Shown here in pieces: positions 49,348 through 59,518 of a stretch of DNA of 64,000 bases. Every line of letters starts with the position of its first letter. Positions within the stretch are counted from its first letter, which is position 1. Source of the DNA: an uncultured Arcobacter sp. (GTDB lineage Bacteria > Campylobacterota > Campylobacteria > Campylobacterales > Arcobacteraceae); the NCBI GenBank assembly GCA_965140705.1, contig OZ223300.1, forward strand, positions 1,568,001 through 1,632,000, read 5' to 3'. The notes under the pieces were generated by a model, which searched no databases, was not told the origin of the DNA, and was given only the letters and a program-made list of their open reading frames with translations. The position numbers and the translations under genes are program-made.

Positions 49348-50751
49348 TTAAATTATTATAGGTAATTTTATTTTAATAGTTGTTTCATTTGAGCTTGAAA
49401 TAACTTTTATTGTGCCTTTTAAATGCATTTCAATAATACTTTTTACAATATATAAGCCTAATCCTACACCATGTTTTTCTTCTTTTGTCGAAAAATAAGG
49501 TTCAAATATTTTTAAAATTTTTTCTTTTTCTATTCCTCCAGCATTATCATGAAAATACAATTCAATAAAATCATTTATTTTTTTCACCTCAATTACTATT
49601 TTTTTATTCTCTGTTATCATATTTTTTTGCATTGCTTCAATAGAATTTTGAACAAGATTATTAAATATAGTTACTAATCTATCTTGATAGGTTTCTAATA
49701 CCAAATTATCATCACAAATTATTTCAAAATCAACAACTCTTTTATATGGTTTGATTAGAGTTTCAAATAAATTTCTTAATCTCACTATCTCTTTTTGACC
49801 TTCAAACTCTATTAAAGATTTAAACTCTTCAATTGTATTTGATAAAGTTTTTGTATTTTCTATTATCTTATTTAAGCCTTCATGAAAAGGACTTGTATCC
49901 TCTATATCAAGAGATAATTTTTGTGCAATTATTGAAATAGTATTTAATGGTTGTCTCCACTCATGGGAAATTGTTTTTATAGTTTCTGTCATAATATTTA
50001 ATTTATTATCTTGAACTAATAATTTTTCAGATTGTTCTAAAGTATGGGTGATATCAAACATAAGAGCTGTAAATCCAGTAATATCCCCATATTTATTATA
50101 AATTGGTTTTATTTTAATATCTACCCAAAAAATGTCATTATTTTTTTTAACATTTTTAATTTTTCCTGTCCACTCTTTACCATTTTTTATACTATTCCAC
50201 AAATCTTGAAAAAGTTCTTTAGGTGAATCTTCATGCTGAATCACGGCATGTGATCTTCCGAGTAGTTCACTTTTTGAATAACCTGTCAATTTACAAAAAG
50301 CATCAGAAACTTCAGTGATAAAACCAAACTTGTCTGTATGACTTGAAATAACATATTCATTTAAAATTTGGTCATCTGAGATTTGTTTTGTAATATCTTT
50401 AGCATTTAATACAAAATACTTTTTATTTAACATAAGAGAAACTGTTACTTTAAGATAAATTGGTTTTTTATCTTTCCTTGTACAAACAAGATTCATGTCT
50501 GTATCATAAGAGTTAATCATATTATTTTTTAAAAGTTGTAAAAATGATATTTTATACTCTTCTTTAACTAAATCAACAAAGGTTAAAGAGAGTAATTCTA
50601 AATTTGTATATCCTAATATTGGACTTAGTGCATCATTTACATATAAGAATTTACTCTTAAAATCAATGATAGCAATTCCATCCCATGAGTTATTAATTAT
50701 TTCTTTTAATTCATAGTTTGTATTTTTCAATTTTTCTAAATCTGAACCCAT
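49348..50751 (-). CDS. Cytoplasmic double-PAS histidine kinase
   Basis: Two PAS domains, ISHEWRQPL, DNAGG, GVGLGL. Confidence 0.88.
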   Translation of the reverse strand: MGSDLEKLKNTNYELKEIINNSWDGIAIIDFKSKFLYVNDALSPILGYTNLELLSLTFVDLVKEEYKISFLQLLKNNMINSYDTDMNLVCTRKDKKPIYLKVTVSLMLNKKYFVLNAKDITKQISDDQILNEYVISSHTDKFGFITEVSDAFCKLTGYSKSELLGRSHAVIQHEDSPKELFQDLWNSIKNGKEWTGKIKNVKKNNDIFWVDIKIKPIYNKYGDITGFTALMFDITHTLEQSEKLLVQDNKLNIMTETIKTISHEWRQPLNTISIIAQKLSLDIEDTSPFHEGLNKIIENTKTLSNTIEEFKSLIEFEGQKEIVRLRNLFETLIKPYKRVVDFEIICDDNLVLETYQDRLVTIFNNLVQNSIEAMQKNMITENKKIVIEVKKINDFIELYFHDNAGGIEKEKILKIFEPYFSTKEEKHGVGLGLYIVKSIIEMHLKGTIKVISSSNETTIKIKLPIII

Positions 50752-50823
50752 TAAAAACCTAAATAAACTTATTTTTATATCTTTTCATTATAATATAAAA
50801 ACTTTAAAACTAGGGAAAATTTA

Positions 50824-53526
50824 ATGGATAATGATAATTTAAGTGCTAAAAAAACCATAACTGTAATAGATACATTTGGCTTTTTGTTTAGAAGTTTTTA
50901 TGCACTTCCTCCTTTAAAATCAAAAGATGGCTTTCCAACAGGATTATTAACAGGATTTATGAACTTTATATCTAATATTGGGAAAGATTTTCAAACTGAT
51001 TATATAGTTTTTGCCCTTGACTCAAAAGGTGATACTTTTAGAAATGCAATCTATGACCAATATAAAGCACAAAGACCAGATGTGCCAGAAGATTTATTAA
51101 GACAACTTCCAGTTGCAATTTCATGGATAGAAGAAATGGGATTTAAAACAGCCATTAAAAGTGGATTTGAAGCGGATGATATTATTGCATCAATTGCCCA
51201 CGATGCAAGAGAAAAAAACTTAGAAGTTAGAATAGTAAGCCATGATAAGGATTTATATCAATTAATTGATGATGATACAGTTTATTTATTTGACCCAATT
51301 AAAAAAGTAATAATAAATGAAGAAAAGTGTTATGAAAAATATGGTGTTCATCCTAATCAATTTACAGATTATCAATCACTTTTAGGTGATAGTGCAGATA
51401 ATGTTCCTGGTGTAAAAGGGGTAGGGGCTAAAACAGCAGAAGCCTTGATAAAAGAGTTTGGAACTTTGGAAAATATTTATGAAAATATTGAAAGTGTGCC
51501 AAAACCTAGATGGAAAACACTTCTTTTAGAAAATAAAGAGATGGCTTTTATCTCAAAAGAGTTAGTTACCTTAAAAAAAGATTGTCACTGTATAGATTTT
51601 TTAGATCAATTTGAATTGCCAAAAGAGAATCCAATTTTAAAAATTCAAGATACTTTAGCAAAATATGACTTAACTAAAATAGTTGAAAGAGTTCATCAAA
51701 ATGGACTTAACTATAAAACTCAAATGCCCAAACCAAAAGAGAAAGTAACTTATAACTATATATTATTAGATACAAAAGAGAAACTAGAAAAGATAATAAA
51801 TTCTATTCCAAAAGATTCTATTGTTGCCTTTGATACAGAAACAACAAGTTTAGATACTAAAATAGCAAAAATAGTTGGTTTTTCATTCTCTTTTGATGAA
51901 AACAGTGCTTATTATGTCCCTATCGCTCACTCTTATTTAGGTGCTCCAGAGCAAGTTTCAATAGAAGATGCTAAAAGTGCAATTAATAAATTAAATAATT
52001 TTAAACTTATTGTTCAAAATTTCAAATATGACTTTGATATCATAAAATTTAACTTTGATATAACATTAACTTTATTTGCTGATACTATTATTTTAGCTTG
52101 GTTACTAGATAGTAGTTCAAAAGTAGGGCTTGATGCCCTTGCAAAAAGTTATTTTGATCATACAATGATTGCCTTTAAAGATGTGGTTAAAAAAGGTGAT
52201 GATTTTTCTACTGTTGATATTTCAAGTGCTTGTAACTATGCAGCAGAAGATGCTTTAATGACATACAAAATATACTTTAAACTACTAGAAGAGTTTAAAA
52301 AACAAAATTGTGAACATCTTTTAAAAATAGCAGATGATTATGAATTTAAATTTATAGATGTACTAATTAACATGCAGAATAATGGTGTAAAAATTGATAC
52401 ACAAATTTTAGAAAACCTCAAAATCAAAAATCAAGAATATATTCAAGAACTTACAAAAAAAATCCATGAATTAGCTGGGAGTAAATTTAATATAAATTCA
52501 CCAAAACAATTGGGTGTAGTACTTTTTGAAACATTGGGCTTACCTGCTTCTAAAAAGGGGAAAACAGGTTATAGTACAAATGAAGTAGTATTAAATAAAT
52601 TAGTAGATTCCCATGAAATCATTCCTGTAATATTAGATTATAGAGAAGCTTATAAACTACAATCTACATATATCGAGCCACTTTTAGAACTAGCTTCTAA
52701 TGACAAAGAAAATAAAATTTATACCTCTTTTTTACAAACAGGAACAGCAACAGGAAGACTTAGTTCAAAAAATCCAAACTTACAAAATATTCCAGTAAAA
52801 AGCACTGCAGGAAGAGAGATAAGAAAAGCCTTTATAGCAAGAGATGGTTATAAACTTGTTGGGATTGATTATTCTCAAATAGAATTAAGATTATTGGCTC
52901 ACTTTAGTAAAGATAAAGCTTTGGTTGATGCCTTTAATAGAGATTTAGATATTCATAGCCAAACGGCTGTAAAAATATTTGGTGAAGAAAAAGCAGCCCA
53001 AAAAAGAAATATTGCTAAAACAATTAATTTTGGATTACTTTATGGAATGGGAAGTAAAAAATTAGCAGATACACTTAAAATAACTCCAAAAGAGGCTAAA
53101 GTTTACATTGATTCATATTTTGAAGCCTTTACAAATGTAAAAGAGTATATGAAGTCAATAGAAGATTTTGCTTTGGAAAATGGATATGTTGAAACGCTAA
53201 TTAAAAGAAGAAGAATATTTGATTTTAATGCAGCAAATACTATGCAAAGAATAGGTTATTTAAGAGAGGCAGTTAATACAAAATTTCAAGGAAGTGCAGC
53301 TGATTTGATAAAATTATCTATGATAAAAATCTTTGAAAAATATAAAAATAATGAAGATTTAAAGATGATTTTACAAATCCATGATGAACTTATTTTTGAA
53401 GTAAAAAATGAAAAACAAGATGAAATAACAAATGATTTGAAAAAAATAATGGAAAATATATTTGCTCTTGAAATACCGTTAAAGGTTTCTGTTGCTGTAG
53501 GTAATAGTTGGGGTGATTTAAAGTAA
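50824..53526 (+). CDS. polA: DNA polymerase I
   Basis: 5'-3' exonuclease (EADD, GDSADN), 3'-5' exonuclease (FDTET), DYSQIELR, INFGLLYG, QIHDEL. Confidence 0.97.
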   Translation: MDNDNLSAKKTITVIDTFGFLFRSFYALPPLKSKDGFPTGLLTGFMNFISNIGKDFQTDYIVFALDSKGDTFRNAIYDQYKAQRPDVPEDLLRQLPVAISWIEEMGFKTAIKSGFEADDIIASIAHDAREKNLEVRIVSHDKDLYQLIDDDTVYLFDPIKKVIINEEKCYEKYGVHPNQFTDYQSLLGDSADNVPGVKGVGAKTAEALIKEFGTLENIYENIESVPKPRWKTLLLENKEMAFISKELVTLKKDCHCIDFLDQFELPKENPILKIQDTLAKYDLTKIVERVHQNGLNYKTQMPKPKEKVTYNYILLDTKEKLEKIINSIPKDSIVAFDTETTSLDTKIAKIVGFSFSFDENSAYYVPIAHSYLGAPEQVSIEDAKSAINKLNNFKLIVQNFKYDFDIIKFNFDITLTLFADTIILAWLLDSSSKVGLDALAKSYFDHTMIAFKDVVKKGDDFSTVDISSACNYAAEDALMTYKIYFKLLEEFKKQNCEHLLKIADDYEFKFIDVLINMQNNGVKIDTQILENLKIKNQEYIQELTKKIHELAGSKFNINSPKQLGVVLFETLGLPASKKGKTGYSTNEVVLNKLVDSHEIIPVILDYREAYKLQSTYIEPLLELASNDKENKIYTSFLQTGTATGRLSSKNPNLQNIPVKSTAGREIRKAFIARDGYKLVGIDYSQIELRLLAHFSKDKALVDAFNRDLDIHSQTAVKIFGEEKAAQKRNIAKTINFGLLYGMGSKKLADTLKITPKEAKVYIDSYFEAFTNVKEYMKSIEDFALENGYVETLIKRRRIFDFNAANTMQRIGYLREAVNTKFQGSAADLIKLSMIKIFEKYKNNEDLKMILQIHDELIFEVKNEKQDEITNDLKKIMENIFALEIPLKVSVAVGNSWGDLK

Positions 53527-53561
53527 AATAAAAAACTTTTTTATTAAAAAATAATTTTCTT

Positions 53562-53590
53562 TTGACAAAAAAAATAAATTTGGCTATAAT
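53562..53590 (+). promoter_or_regulatory. Perfect consensus sigma70 promoter
   Basis: TTGACA (53562-53567), 17-nt spacer, TATAAT (53585-53590), 30 nt before ATG 53621. Confidence 0.8.
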
Positions 53591-53620
53591 AATATAAATA
53601 AACAAATTAAAGAGTAATGT

Positions 53621-54331
53621 ATGATTAAAACACTAAAAAATATTAGAAAACTAAATAATGCAAAATTATTAGTTGTAAGTAGTGATTTAAATGTTAAAAA
53701 ATCTTTAGAACAAGATTTAGACAATTATTTTAAAGAAGTTAGTTTTGTTTCAAATAATAAAGATGCATTAATTTTAGCTGGACAAAGTAGCTATGACCTT
53801 GTAATTATAGATACTCAATGTGATGGCATGATTTTTAAAGATTTTTGTTTTGAATTAGTTGAAATAGCTCAAACGCTACCTAAAATAATAATTTCTAATG
53901 AAGATAATAGTGATGATATAGTTACAGCTGTTAATTGTAACTCATATACATTTATTTCAAAACCCTTACGATTACAGGATTTAAAATTAGCAATTATAAT
54001 GTGCCTAAATCAGACAAAAAGAGGGGATAAAGTTGAGTTCCAAAATGGAATTTACTTCGATGAATATAGAGATCAATTTTTTAAATCAGGTGGAACAGCG
54101 ATTGATTTCACAAGACTTGAAAAAGGATTCTTAAAACTTCTTATTGCAAGAAGAGGTGAAATTACTGATTATGATACAATTAAAGAAGTTGTATGGAAAG
54201 GTAAAAATATGTCTATTTATACAATGAGAAATATTGTAAATAAAATACGACAAAAAACTTATTATGAAATAATTAAAAATCATTCTAATAAGGGATATGT
54301 AATTGACGAAACAGGTATGAAGAGATTCTAA
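53621..54331 (+). CDS. OmpR-family response regulator with atypical receiver
   Basis: Receiver (VIIDT, SKP; acidic pair replaced by SSD) and winged helix (FTRLE...VW...IRQK...GY). Confidence 0.85.
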   Translation: MIKTLKNIRKLNNAKLLVVSSDLNVKKSLEQDLDNYFKEVSFVSNNKDALILAGQSSYDLVIIDTQCDGMIFKDFCFELVEIAQTLPKIIISNEDNSDDIVTAVNCNSYTFISKPLRLQDLKLAIIMCLNQTKRGDKVEFQNGIYFDEYRDQFFKSGGTAIDFTRLEKGFLKLLIARRGEITDYDTIKEVVWKGKNMSIYTMRNIVNKIRQKTYYEIIKNHSNKGYVIDETGMKRF

Positions 54332-54349
54332 ATAAAAAAGGGTGCCTAA

Positions 54350-54541
54350 ATGGAAGAACTAATTTTGACAAAAGAAGAATTAGTTGAAATGTTCGAAAAT
54401 CATGTTCTTGAGGACACTCAAAAAGGTTGGTTATTTGATAAAAAGGTAGTAGAAATTATTGCTTTACATGAAGTAGAACCTAAATATCTACAAGATATTA
54501 CGAATGCAAAATATTATAAAATAATCCCGAAAGGTAATTAA
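54350..54541 (+). CDS. Small hypothetical protein
   Basis: 63-aa ORF with an AAGGG RBS, coupled to the next gene. Confidence 0.7.
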   Translation: MEELILTKEELVEMFENHVLEDTQKGWLFDKKVVEIIALHEVEPKYLQDITNAKYYKIIPKGN

Positions 54542-54795
54542 TGTCACACTGTCCGTTCTGTAAAAAAAAGATTGCTATGAGCAAAGCATTTTGTTCAAGA
54601 AGTTGTAAAGAGAACTATTTTCAACTAATAGCAATACAAGTTCCAAAACCATTCTTAAAAAGAATATTTGTGTTTTGTGATCCTGAACAAAGAGAAGCAG
54701 AAATTGAAAACTTCGCTGATAGACATGGTTGGCGATTAGATTTATTGAAGAATAAAATAGATGAACTAGCAGTAGAACATGGATTCACAAACTGA
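54541..54795 (+). CDS. Zinc-ribbon protein (DUF2116-like)
   Basis: CPFC...FCSRSC N-terminal motif. Confidence 0.75.
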   Translation: MSHCPFCKKKIAMSKAFCSRSCKENYFQLIAIQVPKPFLKRIFVFCDPEQREAEIENFADRHGWRLDLLKNKIDELAVEHGFTN

Positions 54796-54928
54796 CCAAA
54801 CAGATTTCAAATACTCAATAAAAATCAACAATTCATTATCTAAAAGTTGCTATCAATATGTTAAAAAGAAAGGAAATAGACTTAGTTCCATAAATAAAAA
54901 GAGAGTAAATCTATTAAATGTTAACTAA
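54779..54928 (+). CDS. Possible 49-aa basic small protein
   Basis: Open frame MDSQTDQ...LLNVN spans the whole gap to lgt; weak RBS, no motif. Confidence 0.3.
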   Translation: MDSQTDQTDFKYSIKINNSLSKSCYQYVKKKGNRLSSINKKRVNLLNVN

Positions 54929-55733
54929 GTCTTTTCTTCATAATAAATAAAATTACAATAGCTATAACTAAGATACAAAATGATTGTAGCATACCCATTG
55001 TAAGCCACCCACCATATAAAAATCCCAATTGAACATCTGGTTGTCTAAAGAATTCAGCAGTAATTCTAGCAAGGGAATAACATAAAGCATAAATAATAGC
55101 TAGTTGCCCATCAAATTTTTTTCTATTTCTATAATATACTAATATTAGAAAGACAACTAATCCCTCAAGAAATGCCTCATATATTTGAGAGGGGTGTCTT
55201 AAAACACCATTTACATATATTCCCCAAGGCACGTCTGTAACTCTTCCTATAAGCCCTTGATTAAAAAAGTTTCCAAATCTACCAAATATATATCCAAAAC
55301 TAATTCCTAAAACTGCAATATCAGTTATAAACCAAAAAGAGACTTTGTTTTTTTTGCAAAATAAAAGAGTAGCAATTAAAAAACCAATAAAAGCCCCATG
55401 ATAACTCATTCCTGAAATTCCAGTATATGTCCCATCAACAAAGGGGTTAAATATTTGCCAAGGATGAGTTAAATAATATTTTGTATGTGTATCATAAAAT
55501 AAGACATATCCTATTCTTGCACCTAAAATTACTCCAATTTCTGCCCACCAAATATATGAATCAAAAATCTCTTGTTTGATATTTATTTTGTCATAGTTTA
55601 TAAACCATTTAGCAACAAAAATTGCACTTAATAATGCAAGAGCATACATAATCCCATACCAATGAACTGAAACAGGACCTAAATGAAATGCTATTGGATT
55701 AAATTGAGAATAGATATTTTTCCAAAACTCCAT
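54921..55733 (-). CDS. lgt: Prolipoprotein diacylglyceryl transferase
   Basis: HWYGIMY, LGARIGY, GMSYHG, GRFGNF, RHPSQIYE, EFFRQPD. Confidence 0.95.
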   Translation of the reverse strand: MEFWKNIYSQFNPIAFHLGPVSVHWYGIMYALALLSAIFVAKWFINYDKINIKQEIFDSYIWWAEIGVILGARIGYVLFYDTHTKYYLTHPWQIFNPFVDGTYTGISGMSYHGAFIGFLIATLLFCKKNKVSFWFITDIAVLGISFGYIFGRFGNFFNQGLIGRVTDVPWGIYVNGVLRHPSQIYEAFLEGLVVFLILVYYRNRKKFDGQLAIIYALCYSLARITAEFFRQPDVQLGFLYGGWLTMGMLQSFCILVIAIVILFIMKKRLS

Positions 55734-57031
55734 TAATTTAAGGCCTCAGCTATCAGTTCAATTGGATTTTTAAATACAACATCAACATCTGCTTGATATA
55801 AAGAGTTTGTAATTTGCATTCTACATGCACTACATTCGGCACTTACAACTTGAGCTTTAGTCTCTTTTATCATTGCAGCTTTTGGAGCACCTGCTGCTTT
55901 TGAAAAGTGATATTTTTCAGTTTGCATAGTAACTCCACCAAAACCACAACATCTATTAGAATCACTCATTTCTGTTAGAACATAATTTTGTTTTAATAGG
56001 TTTCTTGGTTCTTGCCAAACATTTTGCATCTTTTTAGCATGACAAGGGTCATGATAAGTTACTACATCATCAATTTTTTTACCTGAATTAGCCAACATTT
56101 CTTTTAATTTTGTATTATTTTCAAGCCATTTTGTAGCCATAAAAACTTTTTTAGCTAATTTTGCAGCTCTTTCTTTCCATTGGGGTTGATTATGTAAATA
56201 ATGTTCCCAATCTTGGTTAATCATAGCACTACATGTAGCTTCTGGAATAATTATGGCATCAACATCATCTATCCATGTTTCAAAATACTCTATATTTTTC
56301 TTAACTAAATAATCAACAGTATCAAAATCACCTGTAAAATATGCAGGTGCTCCACAACATAACTGTTTTTTAGGAATAAAAATATCTATTTCTAGTTTTT
56401 TTAAAATATCAACTAAACTATCACCAATATTTGTATAACTATAATTACCCATACAACCGATGAAAATAGCAACTCTATTTTTTATACTACTATCTTTATT
56501 TTTAACATTTGCAGGTATATTTTCTGGATATTTATTTAAAAATGTTCTTTTATCTGCATAGGGTAAAGCTCTATCTTTTTTAACAATTGGTAAAGAAAAC
56601 CTTGGAACTGCTGAACTACTTTTTTCTTCAATTTTTATTGCACAGGTTTGAAACATCCAACCAAGTTTAGACATAAAATCCATAATTTTTCTATGTCTCA
56701 ATAAAAAGAAAAAAGCTCTTTTATACCAAGCTATTCCATATTTTTTTGCAATATCAGAACGAACTTGTTCAATAATCATATCTGTGGGTAAGTCATTTGG
56801 ACAAACTTCAACGCAGTTTGTACATAAAAAACAACTCTCGAATATATCTTTTGCTGTTTTATCTAACTCTAATTCATCTCTCTCATATGCACCTAATAAA
56901 TCAATAAATCCTCTTGGACTTGTTGCTTCATCTTGATTTATATTAAATATCGTACATACAGGTTTACATTTTCCACATTTAACGCAATCATCGCTAATGC
57001 TAGTATAATCAAATTTATTAATTGTTTTCAT
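55733..57031 (-). CDS. Fe-S oxidoreductase subunit (GlcF/GlpC-like; 2x[4Fe-4S] and two CCG domains)
   Basis: CVKCGKCKPVC, CFLCTNCVEVCP, CCGAP, YHDPCH, CCGFGG. Confidence 0.88.
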   Translation of the reverse strand: MKTINKFDYTSISDDCVKCGKCKPVCTIFNINQDEATSPRGFIDLLGAYERDELELDKTAKDIFESCFLCTNCVEVCPNDLPTDMIIEQVRSDIAKKYGIAWYKRAFFFLLRHRKIMDFMSKLGWMFQTCAIKIEEKSSSAVPRFSLPIVKKDRALPYADKRTFLNKYPENIPANVKNKDSSIKNRVAIFIGCMGNYSYTNIGDSLVDILKKLEIDIFIPKKQLCCGAPAYFTGDFDTVDYLVKKNIEYFETWIDDVDAIIIPEATCSAMINQDWEHYLHNQPQWKERAAKLAKKVFMATKWLENNTKLKEMLANSGKKIDDVVTYHDPCHAKKMQNVWQEPRNLLKQNYVLTEMSDSNRCCGFGGVTMQTEKYHFSKAAGAPKAAMIKETKAQVVSAECSACRMQITNSLYQADVDVVFKNPIELIAEALN

Positions 57032-58398
57032 TATATAGTTTTACTAAACCTTCTTTTATTTTCAGGAATTTTTTTCAAATAAGCATCAAAAGGCATACAA
57101 ATGTTTCGTATAAGCATTGCACCTGTTGGATTTACTTTTATAAACTCTTTATCCAATGTCATTAGCTCAGCTTCTATAAACTCATCTAAAGCATTCACAT
57201 CCTCTTTGAAGTATTCAAAAAAGTCAATATGGAACTTCTCTTCAACTCTTTTTATATTTAAAGAGAAATTACTCATAAGTTCCATAATTACAAATTGTCT
57301 TAATTGGTCATCAGCACTTAATTTGTAACCTTTAAATGTAGGTAATTTACCATTATCTAAAGCTTCTTCATATTGTTTTAAATCTTTGTAGTTTTGTGCA
57401 TAATAATCAACTCCATCACCAATCGAGGTAACACCAATACCTATTAAATCAGCTCCACCTTTAGTAGTATAACCTTGGAAGTTTCTATGTAATTCACCTT
57501 TTTCAATTGCTTTAAAAAGCTCATCATTTTCTTTTGCAAAGTGATCCATTCCAACCATTTTATAACCATTACTAGTAAAAAAGTCAATAGTGTCCTTTAA
57601 AATAAGTAGTTTTTCACTAGGTGGGGCAAAAGTTGTTTCATCAAACTTTCTCATAGTCTTCATAAGCCAAGGAACATGGGCATAATTAAATACAGCAAAT
57701 CTATCAGCATCAAGCTTTAATATTTGATTTAATGTCTTATTAAATGTTTCTCTATTTTGATGTGGTAAACCATATATTAAATCGATATTTATAGATTTGA
57801 TTCCAGCTTCCCTTGCAATATTCATAACATTTTGAGTTGTTTCATATGGTTGAATTCTATGAATAGTTTTTTGAACCTCTTCATCTAAATCTTGAACTCC
57901 AAAACTAAGTCTATTAAATCCACCTTTTTTTAGAACATCCATATGTTCTTTAGTAAAATATCTAGGATCCACTTCACATGAGATCTCAGCATCACTACTA
58001 AAATTGGGAAAACTTCTTTTTATCATAGAAATCACTTCATCCAATTGTTCAGGTGAGAAATAAGTAGGAGTTCCTCCACCAAAATGCATTTGAGTCACTT
58101 GTCTTGATGTATCAACATATTTTTCAAGTAGTTTTAACTCTTTTTGTACGTATTCTAAATATCTTACTTTTTTATCTTCTTTAGATGTAAAGATTACATT
58201 ACATCCACAGAAATAACAGGCACTTCTACAAAATGGAAGATGTAGATATAATGATAGATTACGTGAAGAGTCTTGTTTTGAAAAAATTTCTATTAAATCT
58301 TCTTGTGAAAACTCTTCTGTAAACTCAGGAGCTGTTGGATATGAAGTATATCTAGGTCCTGGTTTTGAGTATTTTTCAAACTTCTTAAAATCAATCAT
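57031..58398 (-). CDS. hemN: Oxygen-independent coproporphyrinogen III oxidase
   Basis: [29 protein letters not shown]. Confidence 0.96.
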   Translation of the reverse strand: MIDFKKFEKYSKPGPRYTSYPTAPEFTEEFSQEDLIEIFSKQDSSRNLSLYLHLPFCRSACYFCGCNVIFTSKEDKKVRYLEYVQKELKLLEKYVDTSRQVTQMHFGGGTPTYFSPEQLDEVISMIKRSFPNFSSDAEISCEVDPRYFTKEHMDVLKKGGFNRLSFGVQDLDEEVQKTIHRIQPYETTQNVMNIAREAGIKSINIDLIYGLPHQNRETFNKTLNQILKLDADRFAVFNYAHVPWLMKTMRKFDETTFAPPSEKLLILKDTIDFFTSNGYKMVGMDHFAKENDELFKAIEKGELHRNFQGYTTKGGADLIGIGVTSIGDGVDYYAQNYKDLKQYEEALDNGKLPTFKGYKLSADDQLRQFVIMELMSNFSLNIKRVEEKFHIDFFEYFKEDVNALDEFIEAELMTLDKEFIKVNPTGAMLIRNICMPFDAYLKKIPENKRRFSKTI

Positions 58399-59317
58399 TT
58401 CGTTTACCGTCTAGCCAAACCATAACACCTTTTTGTGCATGTAGTCTATTTTCAGCTTCTTCGAATACTTTACTTTGAGGTCCTTCAAATACCTCTTCAG
58501 ATACTTCATACTCTCTATAAGCTGGTAAACAATGTAAGAAAATAGCATCACTAGTTGCATAAGACATAAGCTTTGTATCTACAATATAACCTTCAAAGTC
58601 TTTTACTCTTTTCTCTTTTTCATCTTCTTGTCCCATAGACACCCAAGTATCAGTTGTAACAACAGTTGCATCTTTTATAGCTTCAATTGGATCATTCCCA
58701 ATCACTATTTTTGCACCTGATTCTTTTGCAAACTCTAAAGCTCTATCTAAAATCTCTTGTTTAACTTCATATCCTTTAGGAGTAGCAATTCTAAGTTCAA
58801 ACCCAAGTTTTGATGCTAACATAAGCCATGAATGGGCTAAATTATTTCCATCTCCAACATATGCAGCAACCAAATCTTTATCTTTGCCTTCTTCCATAAT
58901 TGTCATATAATCAGCCATAAGTTGTACTGGATGGAAATCATCAGTTAGTCCATTTATAACAGGTACTTTTGAATATTTTGTAAACTCTTCAAGTTTTGAG
59001 TGTTCAAAGGTTCTAATCATCACCATATCAACCATTCTTGAGATAACTCGTGAAGTATCACTCATTGGTTCACCTCGTCCTAGTTGTATATCATTTGATG
59101 ATAAGAATAGTCCTACTCCACCTAATTGATAAATACCTGTTTCAAAAGATACTCTTGTTCTTGTTGAACTTTTTTCAAAAATCATTCCAAGTACTTGTTT
59201 AGGTAAATACTCTTTAAAGTTTCTTTGTTTTGTTTCAGCTTTTATTTGCTTTGCTAGTTCTAGAATTTCTAATAATTCTTCTTTACTAAAATCTGCAATT
59301 GTTAAGAAATGTCTCAT
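58391..59317 (-). CDS. argF: Ornithine carbamoyltransferase
   Basis: SSTRTR, HPVQ, SMG, HCLP, ENRLH. Confidence 0.96.
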   Translation of the reverse strand: MRHFLTIADFSKEELLEILELAKQIKAETKQRNFKEYLPKQVLGMIFEKSSTRTRVSFETGIYQLGGVGLFLSSNDIQLGRGEPMSDTSRVISRMVDMVMIRTFEHSKLEEFTKYSKVPVINGLTDDFHPVQLMADYMTIMEEGKDKDLVAAYVGDGNNLAHSWLMLASKLGFELRIATPKGYEVKQEILDRALEFAKESGAKIVIGNDPIEAIKDATVVTTDTWVSMGQEDEKEKRVKDFEGYIVDTKLMSYATSDAIFLHCLPAYREYEVSEEVFEGPQSKVFEEAENRLHAQKGVMVWLDGKRND

Positions 59318-59518
59318 TCTAATCCCTTGTTTTTATAAAAGCAAATATTATATTAGAATTGGCTTTATTTTAAACTTAATTCTTAATATTATTTACTTAA
59401 AAAATATAAATAAATTTCTTTTGAAAAGACCTTAAAATGACACTTTAGTGACTTTTTAAGTAATAACAAATTAAGACAATATTACTTAAACTTTGCTTAT
59501 TAGATTGAAGGAAAAAAA

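Noticed and set aside
59438..59452. TGAC direct repeat with 11-bp spacing upstream of nrdD (OmpR-type site?)
   Set aside because: Too short to distinguish from chance; no clear FNR or NrdR box seen
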